DNA of 64,000 bases, from contig OZ199839.1 of NCBI GenBank assembly GCA_964304625.1, positions 2,234,093 to 2,298,092 of the forward strand, written 5' to 3'. This DNA is from Kudoa neothunni. Lineage: Eukaryota > Animalia > Cnidaria. This document shows, one piece after another, positions 1 to 12,790 of this stretch. Numbering within the stretch: the first letter of the stretch is position 1; each line of letters opens with the position of its first letter. A program made the translations under genes and the position numbers. Under the pieces are notes generated by a model. The model was not told the DNA's origin. It ran no database searches and saw nothing but the letters and a program-made list of their open reading frames with translations.

Positions 1-1998
1 TCTATACTGAAGTTCAGCCAGATTTTTTTATTAAATAATAGTTGGTGATTATTCTTTTATGAAATTCATTCATGAACCCGTTCCATGTTATTGACAACAG
101 TATCTTTTATTATTTTCACACTTCCCGTTGAATCTGTCGGAGAGCATGTTAAGCATTTCAATGAGTTCTAAAATAAATTTACACATAATCTAAATATATT
201 TTTGTACAGATTAAAAATGTTACCCATCGTAGTGTTATTTATATCACTGTGAATCAACCTTAAAATTATTTTCAAAGTTGCCATTTCCCAAATTTTGGTT
301 GTTGTATTTGGTACAAACCATTTATCTGAGTCCTCCGCGTATTTGTATCTGTCAACATCCTCAGTCTTCATTATTATTTCCAGGAATCTAAAAATTGATT
401 ATATATATTCATATTAATCGGTCTAACCACAAAGCTGAGGGGTTCTCCAGTAGCGTGATTAGGTCATTGGATATTTTTCAATTATACTGGATATAATTGA
501 ATTCAATCCCGCGTTGGGATTGACGATTGGAATGTTTTGACAATTTGGGTGTTTATATACTCAAAGAGCTTAATTAAGAATTACAAATTGGCTATATTAA
601 CATCGATACCAGTTCATCTCCAATAGTTATGTTGATATTAATTTGGTAAATTATCAGGTTGGATTCTATAACACAAATTAAACCACAAAAAATTTGTTAC
701 CTTTATTTATTATAGCATGTGTTTCCGGAAACTCCCTATGCTCAGAATTGAACAAATCAATCAACTAATCATTATTTTGGGTAATGACATTAGAGGAGTA
801 GTATTCGTTTTGTAGGATGAGTGTGTGTACTCCTTGATCAGTTTTTCTAACATCCTCCAGCATTAAAGCCTTCAAACGATCACCATTTGCAAGTTGATTT
901 ATTAAGGTGTTTCGCTCGATGAATTTGCTATAAATCGAACCACACTGTTTGTTTAAGCAGTAGGTTCGAATGCTCGAACATGATAGACTTGCATCCCATA
1001 TTGTTGTCTGTGTCTGCGATTTGCAATGGGGCATTTACCTTTAAATAATACTTTAAGTGAATTATTTTTGGGGATGACACTCCAAGAATTTGTCCATTCC
1101 TATATCCTTATGTAATTTGATCACAATTTGTTTAAAAATGTGACACACAAAATTAAAAGGAGGGACCATTGTTGAGACTTGGGGGTTGGTATCTGGATTA
1201 GAGTGGGTATCATCTGATTTGAAGATAAATATCAAAATTGAATAAAAAATTTGTTACCCCTTAGGGGGTTGTCAATTATTTCGACAATGTTAGGTTGTTC
1301 GTTGGTCGCGATAAGACTGTTGGTTACATCACTTATTGTTTCACATGAACGCGGGGCGGCTAAATCTTCCGGTTTGTATACTTGGACATTAATGTTGGAT
1401 GGATGATACTGCACGAGTTACAGCAACAAAAAGTCGTTAGTCATAATAGAAGACCAATCGGTATCCATCACTAATGGTCTTGATTGTTTGGGGTTTGAGT
1501 TATGAGTGCGTCGTCACAACCTTCCACCCTTGTTGTATATAGAGAAATCCAGATGTTCGATCTTGTTGAATTCTTTATTTCGAAGAAAACTATTAAGGTC
1601 ATCCCTATTGTCCCACATAATTAAATGGTGAGGATTAACCCGATGTATTCTAAACATTATGTGGACAGAGAAATTTTTTTTGGCTGCTATCGTCATGACT
1701 TTTCAGTACAATTTGATCAACTTTATAGGTTGAAGATGGGAAATCTCTTTCATCTTTTTTTGTTTTTGATATTGACGCGGATCCTATCGCTTCAATTTCT
1801 TCCCAAGAGGATTTTAGTTTAATATCCACATCAAAAAAGGGAATCATCTTTTGGTGGTGAATACATTAAAATATGTTCTTCCTTGATTGGATGATGTGCA
1901 TAAATTGTTCATATGTTGAGCAGGTTTTGATAATTTGCGAAACCATCCCTGGTATACATTATACTAGGCATTGTTAAAGCTTGTCTCTTTGAAATAAT
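1..1998 (-). pseudogene. Intron-containing PrimPol/UL52-type AEP primase with Zn finger, fused to a D5_N-like region (D5-like primase-helicase); frameshifted, 3' part runs off the window
   Basis: Manual minus-strand translation across frameshifts: IF*CIHHQKMIPFFDVD (motif I, DxD), SHDDSSQKK/FSVHIMF (motif II, SxH), LDFSIYNKGGRL*R (motif III), GKCPIANRRH...YCLNKQC (C-H-C-C zinc finger), then RYKYAEDSDKWFVPNTTTKIWE and NNHQLLFNKKIWLNF (D5_N-like, weaker match). GT-AG introns at 1214-1257, 666-700 and 388-427. Several stops are one substitution from the expected residue (GAA>TAA, CGA>TGA, TCA>TAA). Confidence 0.8.
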
Positions 1999-2059
1999 CT
2001 AATACATAAATAATTAGTCATTTGAGAGTCTTTTTTGTTGTTTACATTAATATCTTATA

Positions 2060-3560
2060 CAGTCAATGACCGGTTTTACGTAATCCCCTCGGGACAATAG
2101 AAAAAATATGTAAAAATGGTCCCGCCAGGTTTTCCGTACATTATGCACGCACGCTGGCATGAAAATATTCAATCGTTTATTAAATAATGTAATTAGAATA
2201 CGCAAATTTGGGGTAATATAGTGTTTAATCATTTTTTAGATGGAAGTAATTAGTTATTTTTGATTGTGTAAGGTTTCTTGCAATTATGTTGAATGTATCT
2301 TCGTCTAGCGAAGCTAAGATGGCTGATCGATCATCTTTTTGAAACTTGTAGAATATTTTTAACTCCTTCAAATAAATCAAAGCCTTCTGACATGATATTA
2401 GATTTCTTCCCAAAATATCATTTTTTTCACAATTCGCTTCATCATCACTCTACATAAAGTCAATATAAATTAACTTTAAAATTGTTCACCTAAAGCTGAG
2501 GAGTCATCGAATTTTTCAGAATATAGGGTTTGGGCCGTATTGATATTTTCTATTGAAACTTCGTCAGCAATCACATCCTCAATTTCTTCTTGTAATATAT
2601 TCGGATGAGTTGTGTGACATATTTCACTAAACTCTTTGTCTATTGATATCAAAATGCAGTCAGCTTTGACAGGGTCCGCTTGCCGAGACGAAAACCCTGC
2701 TTTTTGAAAGCAATTTATGATGGTGGATACGCTTACACATTCCCATGCTTGTTTAATCAACACCATCGCATCTAAAATGGTTGGTTCTAATCCCGCCTTA
2801 ATACATGAAATGTATTTTTTAAACATTACCCTCTTTATCTACATTTGAATGAGTGAATAATCCCTTGATCTCGGGGTTGCAATAAGCTAGTGGTATTTTG
2901 GGTAAAAAGATCAGCTTTATGTTACCGAATGATTTTTTTTGATGAGAGGTTGCATTATCTAAAAAAATTAAAACATTTTTGTCTTTTTTTTCGTGAAAAT
3001 AGAATTGATTTTAGTTGGATTCATACAAAACTGGAAGGCTATTTATATTTTTAAAGCATCTGGGCTTTCGACTAGGTCCGATAACTAAAGGTTCAAGTTT
3101 TTCTCCGCTTAGTGATGCACCGAACAAAACAGTTATTCGTTTTTTAAACTTTTTTGTTCCTTTTGTATGACTTTCTATGGAGCTTACATAACTTTTACTT
3201 ATATAAAATATGCAGGTATGACAAATGAAAAAATATACCTCATTGTTGCTGATAAAACGAAGCGGTTTCATCTATACTATAGAAACAATTATCATTATAT
3301 CCTTCGAATAAGTTTTTAAGTTGAGAAAGCCATTCAGAACTTGTACATGGGTCAATGACATCTGCTTCGCCATGGAAATTTATTTTTTTGATATTCAAGC
3401 CTCAAAAATTAGTTGATCTTGTTTTTTTAAATGTTCCAAATCATTCCATTTGCGTTCAACAGTTAGCATAGCTTTTCGGAAATAAAGATTCAAAATCGCG
3501 TATTAGGTTTTTGAATTTTGGTTCCCAAATTTCTATTTCTTTTTCTTTTATTTCAGTAAT
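2060..3560 (-). mobile_element. Decayed Tigger/pogo (DDE_1) DNA transposon
   Basis: Fragments KGTKKFKKRITVLFGASLSGEKLEPLVIGPSRKPRCFKNINSLPV, VLIFLDNATSH, LQPRDQGIIHSFK, TILDAMVLIKQAWECVSVSTIINCFQKAGF, and C-terminal QSKITNYF. TA-flanked TIR CAGTCAATGACCGGTTTTACGTAA at 2060. The other end was not found, so the right boundary is approximate. Confidence 0.9.
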
Positions 3561-4570
3561 TTCTAACTCAAATTTTGCTCAATCAGCATTAGAGTTAATC
3601 ATTCAATGCAATCGGTCAGAAGTGGATTCCACAACAATACAAGAGTAAGCCAGCTAGTAATAATTAAAGAAAGAGATGAAAGAAAGTATTGATTAAATTA
3701 ATTACCTTATTATAATTTAGAAAAATATATGAGTGTGAAATCCATTTAATTAATTTCTAATAAGTCGAATTTATAAATGGATATTAAAATGATATTATAA
3801 TTAGGTTATTGTGATGAAAGGTGACTTTTCTACAAAATATACCTATTTTAAAAAAATAAAATTTACAAATTTTATAATGTTAGATAGAAACATCTAATAA
3901 TTAATGAATAACTGAGAAACAAACATATTTTAATCAATATCTATGTTCGACTATATTTTTAAGTAATTCCATTAAAGTTTTCAAATATATAAGGTTAACT
4001 TAAATTTAAAATCACATATAAAGTGTCATTTTACAAATATAATTCTATGGATTATCCGATAAAAATCCATTAATTATTGATAACAATTCTTATAATCTTT
4101 CAGAAGATAGAATTCATTTACAAAATAAAAATGATTTAAAAATTTAATGTCAAGGACAATAAAATAAATGATAGAAGAAAATATACTATCGTAAACAAAC
4201 GTATTAGAAACAATATACACAGGATATGCTGCCATTAACATCTTATTTTAAGCCAACTTTTTAAATAAAAAAATAATACACTTTCTAACCATTTTTATTA
4301 ATTCAACGTTCTTAGAAAATTTTTCTACGGTGTCTTCTATAAGGTAAACTTAGGAATACTCAATAATACGAACAAATATTTTCAAGTATAAAATTTAGTC
4401 GAAATATTTGTATTATTTTTTATTTCCAGAACAAAATTTAATAAAAAAAATTATCAAACTAGGAAAACTAACAACAAATTCTTTGGTATAATTTTAAGGA
4501 GTAAACGATTTCTCGCTTATAAGTAAATAAGAAGGTTATTATGTAATACTTGATCGATAAGTTTGTTTAA

Positions 4571-5367
4571 GGGGGTATAGTTTAAATTTAACTTTTTAAT
4601 GATGGCAGAATTTGAAAAGTAATAGTATGTCATCTTTACATTAAAAAAGAATGAAGAAAAAAATATATTTCTTGTTATTTTACAACGTTAATAGTTGCAG
4701 GTATATAGAATTACGCTCAACAAGGAATTTTAATCATATAAGTAATTTGTTTCTGCTGAATATGTTATTTTTATATTTTCAATTTATCTACAAAATTTGA
4801 GAAGAAAATTAACGGAAGTTCGTCATTTTGCGATTCTATACACTCCTTCATTACCTATATATTTTCATAACAAATTGTGAATTATGTATGCTGAAATTTC
4901 AAAATTTGAAAGTAATAATAAGTTCTGTTACTTTGGAATTATATAATTCCCATGCATTTAACGTAAGATAATTTAGTTTATGTTATGCATATAATTTCAG
5001 GAGCTGCAATTTTAACCTTAAAGAGCCGTGGGTTATCGTCCCCTGATCTACATAAACGACGGGAATATAATGTAGTTTATTTTAGAGAAACATTAATACG
5101 TACTTTTGATGTAAAAAATATGTTAATTATTTAACGAATGGATTAGCATCTATGCTAGATTTTTTACGTTTATCTCAATTATACATTTTTAGGATTGTAT
5201 CTTTAATACTACCATTAATTATAACATTTAATAAAAAAAATTCGCGAAATAACTCGATGAATTTTTCATTCACTAAGAATGGTTGTATTTTGGTTTTATC
5301 TAATTGCGTTTAAATCTTGAAATACTGTATAATGATCGTTCTTTTGATCAATTTTAACTAAAACACC
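4571..5367. mobile_element. Non-autonomous Kolobok-like element (TTAA target, GG...CC termini)
   Basis: TTAA|GGGGGTATAGTTTAAATT ... AATTTTAACTAAAACACC|TTAT; 14/18 TIR match. Confidence 0.5.
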
Positions 5368-5515
5368 TTATAAAACCCTAATTATCAATTATAAAAAATT
5401 ATAAGAATTCTACGTGTAAGAGATATAAAAAAATTTTAGATCCCACGTAAAATTAATAATATTAAAAATATACAATTATTTTATCTATAATCAAGTAATA
5501 TTATTTAAAAGTTAA

Positions 5516-6762
5516 CCCTCCCGGGACCATGCGAGGTCATTCGTGGTCCCATTTTTGGTAAATGCTTGTTTTTACCTGCTTAAACTTTTCATTTTAATTT
5601 ATGACTTCATTTAATCTTAGATTAACATATATTGTTTAGAAATACAAAATTTCAGATAAATTATTATATTCTACGGTTCAAAAATTTTGTTTAATATTAC
5701 GTAGCATTGATATATGTTATTTAAAACTATTTTATACGGCTGGATCAAGTGTATTTAATTTATATGATAAGAGAAATGATCATTCCAATATATATTGTCA
5801 TCATCAAACTGAGTAATATTGTAATTTGTAACCATTCTTGTTATCTGTCATAAGATTCCTAAGATGGAATAGGGTTAAAGAGTCCCTCTATTATTGTCGC
5901 CCAGATTTTGCGCGTTGAAAACCGAACAGATTGCCTGATGTGCTTTCGAAATATTTCATATTTATTTTTTTCATGAGTTAAATTTAAATTGTAGTAAGTT
6001 AAAAGATGACCTTATTTTACTAAAAATTAATAGTTTAGTCAAATAATTAATACATTAAAAACCTAGTCACATTATTTCTGTGTCATGATATCACCGAATT
6101 TCAACGATTCTCTATTCCATAAAACTAACAAATTATTATTTACTTAAATCGTTTGATATTTTTTAATTTTTAGTGAAATTAAGCTAGGCCATTTCCCTAT
6201 AACTATTGAAACGATTAAACCCAATTTGAAAGATATAAGCTTTGAATCATATTTATATTCTGATTAAAAATATTTTCACTCATAATTCAAATAAATTCAT
6301 CCTTATTTATTTGGACTCAACATTATTCTTTATTTCTCAAATGTGTTGTAAACGTGTCTTAGTGCAAATCAATAATGGATTACCGAACTTCATTGGAGTT
6401 ACCCCCTGTTGGTGCCATGTCTGAGCAACTTAATATTGATATTAAAGTGGCGTTGAAGTTTCTATTTTGTTACATTCACCTAAAAATTAAACCGAAATAG
6501 TTATATCTGCCACACACACCATTTGAAATTTCGTTGGGATAAGTTTAATTGGTAATGTCTTTCGGCATGGTTACGATATTTTTAATCAAATTCTTTTATC
6601 GCTTTGATATTTCAAACATATATTTTAATGGTAAAAAGATTAATTAATACATATACCAAAAGTTAGAATCATACTCAATCATTATAGTAAATGACCCACT
6701 GGGGTCACTGACCAACCCCCGTGGGAACATACGTAAGTTCTTTGAGCACGGTCCTTCGAGGG
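5516..6762. mobile_element. Non-autonomous piggyBac-like element
   Basis: TTAA|CCCTCCCGGGACCATGC ... GCACGGTCCTTCGAGGG|TTAG; degenerate TIRs similar to those of 28198-29205. Confidence 0.7.
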
Positions 6763-7444
6763 TTAGTAAGACTATTTTTACAAAAAATCAGTTTCATTTG
6801 AAATTTGTTTATAATTTAATCAATATATAATTAATTGAACAAATTAAGCCACAGAAATTATCAGTATAAGATGTTTTGAGCGCTTTTTAATATTCTCTGT
6901 AAACAAATAAACTTAGAATAGTATAAACCAAGTAGGACCAATTAAACACATATTTTTATTCATTAAATTTATTTAATACGCTGTATGACATACTTTTGAA
7001 AAATTCAAATTATATTATTCGTTTAAAAGGAAATGTGTTTTTTATACTTTAAGATAATGACTTTTATTATCACTCTTCGTAAAACACAGGACACATAATG
7101 TAACTTTAAAAATACTGAATTGTTGCCACAACAAGTGATGAGGATATATATATATATAAGTAAAAATGCGAAAAACCTTATCTTTGAAAAGACCTTAGTA
7201 ATTAGTTGAATTGTTGTTAAATTAAAAGGGTGTGAAAATCATGATTGTTGTGATATTCTAAATGATTGCATATCACTTGATAAAACTGACCAAAAATTTT
7301 CTCACCTTAGCTAAATTATTGGCCTAGTTATCAAAACATATGCAATAAATAAATGCCATCACCACGTGGCGTTGGTGTTAGACTGTAAAGCTTAGATCCG
7401 GCAGGTTAACTAGAAGAGTAGTTGAAATCACGTTCCAACACAAA

Positions 7445-10400
7445 ATGATAAAATACAATACACACACCTGCTGTAAAACTAAGATCCCTAAGAATAGATT
7501 TCAAAAGCAACATATAAACCCTACAACTGCAACTAGAATGTTTGATCAATTGTGTTTGTCTTACGTTCTTAGTATACCTGACGACCCAACCATTTCCAAT
7601 AAAAAGGAATATCTAAAAAGAATAACTCGGGTAAAAATAAAATATTTTATGTACTTTGGATGTAATATATTATTACGGAAATAGTTGGGTTCAGAATTTG
7701 TTCCGACTTTAAAAATCCCTATTCACATGAATATATTCAATGATTTTTACTGTGGAAATTCATTACGATGTATACATTTTAATTTAAGAGCTTATTTTAT
7801 AATTTGAACATATTTTTTACATAGGCCTCATATCATTTACTACCCTATCGACAATGTGGTAGGGTTCGGATTGATTTCAGAAGAAACATTTGAGGACAAC
7901 TACCTAGTTTTAAGAACTTATCATTATCTTACTGGTTCAATATTTCATATATTCAGTATTGAAAATAACTCCAAAGTATTTTAAGACATTATTTTGAATT
8001 TAACTTTTGAACATTTCAAACAGAGAAATTTGGTCGAGTTGGTTTCTAACCTCAATCTTATTTGTGAAGCTGGGGTACGTTTAGTTTTTCTAACGAATTC
8101 ATTTTAAACAAATTTGTTAGCAAAATAATGCTGCATTACAGAAAAAATATTTAATTAAATCTCGTACCAAACAATTACCAGACATAAAAGCTCAAATGGT
8201 ATGTAAAATGAATAATTAATCTAATTAAAATTTATCTAGGTTTACTTTGCCAAAAAAATTTCAAAAATAACACAATTAAATAAGAAATTAAATAGTGCAT
8301 ACAAATTGTACAAGAAATATAAAAAGTTAGGATTAGACAATAATATGCAAAGTAAATCACTGGAATATTTAACTATTTGACTATTTGTTAGGAATGATGA
8401 GCCATAATGAAAACTTTTGGAACGAAAAAACTATCATATTACTTAAAGGAGGCCTAAGAAAACTATTATCTGCTTTGGAAAGTTGAAGCCATTGCTAACA
8501 AGTACACAATCTCGAAATTGTTCCACAGCAATCCATTTGTTACTTCATTACGTCCGACGTTTAAAAAGGTAACGTTAGAGCTATTTTAAATGCCATAATT
8601 ATTTATTAGTCTTTCGTTTGTTGAGGATGCATCAAAACCAATTCTTAGTTCTCACGGAATTTACGCGTTACACAAAAGCCTCAGCAAAAGACGTGCAAGC
8701 CTATATTCACAATATGGTGCCAACTGGAATAGGTCGAGGTAAATTCTAGATTATTTAAAACCAGCATGATTTTCTAAATTTTGTTCTAAAAGATTGTCTG
8801 ATAACGATTTCATTTTTGGTTCCAATGATAAAGATTTATTTTTCTGCACCAAAGCCTTCATTGCTACCCCCCAGAATGCCCCATGTGCCAATAATAACAA
8901 GTAGATTATTGAGTTGTAGCATTTAATAACACATTATAGTACAATATGGGATAGTTTTACCTATAAACTTATTAAAATAACCAATCATTTGGATAATGAG
9001 TCCGATGCTCTCTCAATTGGAGACATAGTTGTGGCTTTATTCGATTCGTATCATAACCATTACAAGACCATAATAAAAAATATTGGTTCCATTTCTATAC
9101 CAAAAGATTCCTCCAAATCGTTATACGGTAAATTAATATTTCTTTGATTTTTTTTCAATCTATCAAATCATTAAGAATCTAAACATTTTGATGACCCGTT
9201 GCTCAAGTTTAACTATCCCCTAGGAATAAGATCGTGTTTACATAAACATAATGTAGATTTATGATGAGATTGATTTTTTATTTAATTATGTTATCTAATA
9301 GAATCCAAGTAATTATTTTGCTTGTTCCTCAGACGATGCTAATGATGAAAACGAAAACATCGAGGTAATAAATGATGTTATTGCATTTCCACTAGAGAAT
9401 ATTGTAGAAGGGTTGTCAAGATCAAAGCCACTCACACAATCACCTTATTAACCAATCGTTGTCTTATGTAGTTATTCGTCCACAATGTCAATGTATAACT
9501 ATTTGTAATTAGGACTACGATCCAATTGTCAATCATACTGGTATGTATAAAACAGAAACACTCAATATTGAGGAAATCCCGTCAAATGAAGGTGCGAAAT
9601 TTGTGTGTTAGGGATCTTGATGTAACGGGTGTATTTTAGATCCAGCCGACAACTATATGAGTTCTGACGAATCGACGGTCACCCTCTCTCACAAAATGTT
9701 ATTATACCAGGGTGATGTAAAATTAAGATCCACTTCTAACGAGAAACAACCTAATACCACCGACAATCAAAGGTGGTTTTCTGACAGTGAATTTTCACCT
9801 CAGAAACTGACCCCAACAGAGATAGACAACAATTATCAACCTATAGATTTTACCATAAATGATATGATTGAGGCTGACGGATGCTATATCTACGATGAAT
9901 ATGCATCCTGCACTGAGACTCATAGAAATAATAGCAGTGAGCCGTTGATCTCTTCACTAAGAGAAAATAATCGAACTGGGTCAAATGGTACAACAAGTCA
10001 CTCAATGATTCCATCAAAGGATATTCTCAAACAACGCAGAGCAGCTATCAGTGGCAGTGGCAGTTGCAGTAGCTCTACTATCAGCAGCGCGGAATACCAG
10101 GGAGAAGTAATAGAGATTTATCCTGGGCATGAAGGCGCTAACGTGGATTATTCTGCTCAATCATTCGCTTGTGACACGTCTGGTCTCATTAAACACATGC
10201 AAATTTTTCCCAAAAATAATAACACCAAACTTGTCAAGGCAGATAATCTTAATAAACTAAAAATTAGAGTTTCTTTGAGCTGCGGCCTCTGTAAAAAGGA
10301 TTCCGTTGATAAGATTGATGTCATATTTGAGGATGGCTTCAGTTTAATTATTTGCAATGATTGTCAAAGAAAATTCTTGAATAAACAACAAGAGAAGATG

Positions 10401-12437
10401 ATTAGAAAATACAATAAAAAGCTCCAGAAAAAAGAAACTAAGAGAAAAGTTAGCTTGGCTCACTTCATTCTCGAGAAATTAAAGAGAAAACCAAATAACA
10501 GAGACAAAATTTATGTGGTGGAACCCACATTCGATGAGCTTAAATATGTGCAATGTAATAATCAAGAGGAGGTTGTCATACACAGTCGAGTTCAACAACA
10601 AAGTCCAACTGATTACGAAGAATGTGACCAACATCACTCTGGATCAAGATCAGACTCAAACTCAGTGTGTTCAAATGTGACTGGTCCAAGTTCATCTACA
10701 GAAAAGATCAATAATGGAGCGATTAATCAACAATGCTCAGATAAAACTACTTCTGATTCATGTGAACACCAAAGCTCATCAACTCAAGCCAAAAGTTTGA
10801 GCGAAAACATTGTTGAGGAGATTTGCGAATGTAGCGGATCTCAACTAGATAATATTGGAAGCGATAACACTGGTAAAGAAACAAATCAATCATGTAGTAA
10901 TTCACAACAAGTTCAATCTCAATCAAAATCTACCGATACAACCTCAAATCGAAACCAAGCGGATGAAACTCCACAAAATAGAGAAGCTTGTTTGGTTGAA
11001 AAGGATCAACAAGATCTTTGTCCTACAGTGTTCACCGCAGAAAATGTGGATACTAGTGTTGATTGTGAGGCTTCGCAGCAAAACCATTTTACAGTTGCAA
11101 AAGTTGAGACAGAAGAATATTGTCATACTCGTGATATCGAGATTAACAAATCCTCTATCAGTGGAAGCCAAATCACGAGCAGTGTAACCAATAGCACCCA
11201 TTCCCACTGCGACCAACAAAGTGATATTAAATCACATCAGCAATCAAACACTAACTCAGATATAATAAAAACATCAGGTAATATCGATATATGGGTACGT
11301 GAGATAAATCAGAATTTTCTCTAGGTTCCCCTCAAGATAGTGAGCGCATATTAGTCGATATAGGCTCGTGTATTATCAGTAGCGAACCAAATGGTGAGAA
11401 GGTGCCCCAAGCTTCAAATTACAGCTTAGATAGAATCAAACAAATACGTAAATAATATTGTTATTTAAGTAACAACCTGATAAGGGGTTTATATAGAAAG
11501 CCAACAATATTTCAGAAATAAACTTGTGATATTGGATGAAAGTGTTAGTGGGGAGGATGAAGCTGAACTGTCTGACGATTGTACGTCTAGAACAATTACA
11601 ATAGATGATGAATCATATAATACTACATGCAGCGAAAATGTCACATCTGATCTTAATTGTTACAATTCGGTTGACAGCGGTGTTAGCCTGAGAAATTCAC
11701 CTAAAGTGAGCCAACTAATAGAAAAGTTTGAAAATATTTGCTCATCGGAAAACTCCAAAAACAACTCTCAAAATAAGCTAGATGTTATGAGCTTACTAAC
11801 CGATCCTGATGATACCACTGTTGTAGAGTTGGCTGAAAATTCCCCTATAAAAGGATGTTATACTCCTGAACACCAACAAAGTTATCAAGAACATTACAGT
11901 GACACTTCCTCGTCAGTTATACGCCAACAATATGAAGAAAAACCAAAATTGCAAAAAATCACTAAGAAATGGAATTTCTTAAACACAGATAAAGGCAAAA
12001 TTAGAAAAGGTGTTCTTTACAGCAAAATCTTAGATAAAATACAATCTAAATCACATACTTCCGATAAAAACCCCCAAAAATATAAAATCAAATGCAATAG
12101 TGATATTAAAACCACTAAACACATTGGGGTAGCAAAAGATCATCTACAAGAGATTGAAGGCGATTCACCCTGCTCTATGCCTCCATACAAATATCAAATA
12201 ATCACTGAAAGTATCCAACAACTTGGTGATAACAATGATTGCGACTTTGATAAGGTCAACTTTATTCCATACGCTAAAGTATCTGAGAAAATTAAGCTAA
12301 AGCAAGAAGTAATCATAAAGAAACTAAAACAGGGTAACAATTCTAAAGTTGTCGATGGAAACAATGAATTCAAAGATCCCATTATGAAATACATCTTTGA
12401 CAAAGCTCAACAAAATTACTTCAGTTCTTCTCTTTGA
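7445..12437 (+). CDS. Large multi-exon protein of unknown function: short 5' exons, then two long S/N/Q/T-rich exons with a CxxC-x20-CxxC motif
   Basis: 555-aa and 303-aa ORFs joined through short GT-AG introns (about 11295-11324 and 11447-11496). A chain of short GT-AG-bounded open segments lies at 7445-9640. The 5' exon structure could not be fully phased, so the start is uncertain. Confidence 0.7.
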
Positions 12438-12690
12438 AAAATATCGAGTCTTTTTAGATTTAGTGTCGATAGATGGAACATTTTGTAATGTTTAAATTTT
12501 GATTTTTTTTGCCGTTTTATTGAATTTATTTAATTTTTAAGTAAATAGATAATAATATAAAATAAAAAAGCATGACAGTAAATAACTGATTTAAAACACT
12601 GAATTAATATAAACGATTATATTTAAGTTTTATTATAAACTTATTCAATTCCTACGAAATGAACGAAAAACTGTAAATTCCGTCGTTTAA

Positions 12691-12790
12691 CTCTAAATTA
12701 TTGTGTTCAGTTAAAAACAAAAAATTAAATCGCTGTTTAAAATATTGTACATTTTAATAACAAAACGTCACTATTAATGTCATTTTAGAG
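12691..12790. mobile_element. Possible 100-bp TTAA-flanked MITE
   Basis: TTAA|CTCTAAA ... TTTAGAG|TTAA; only 7-bp TIR. Confidence 0.35.

Noticed and set aside
765-1034. ORF with LEDVRKTDQGVHTL resembling an Ig I-set D-x-G-x-Y-x-C motif
   Set aside because: Lacks the Tyr/Cys, and lies in frame after the primase zinc finger as part of the primase-helicase pseudogene.
7370-7420. tRNA-Tyr-like GACTGTAAA loop
   Set aside because: No acceptor or T stems; GTTAGACTGTA also matches a Tigger TIR end.
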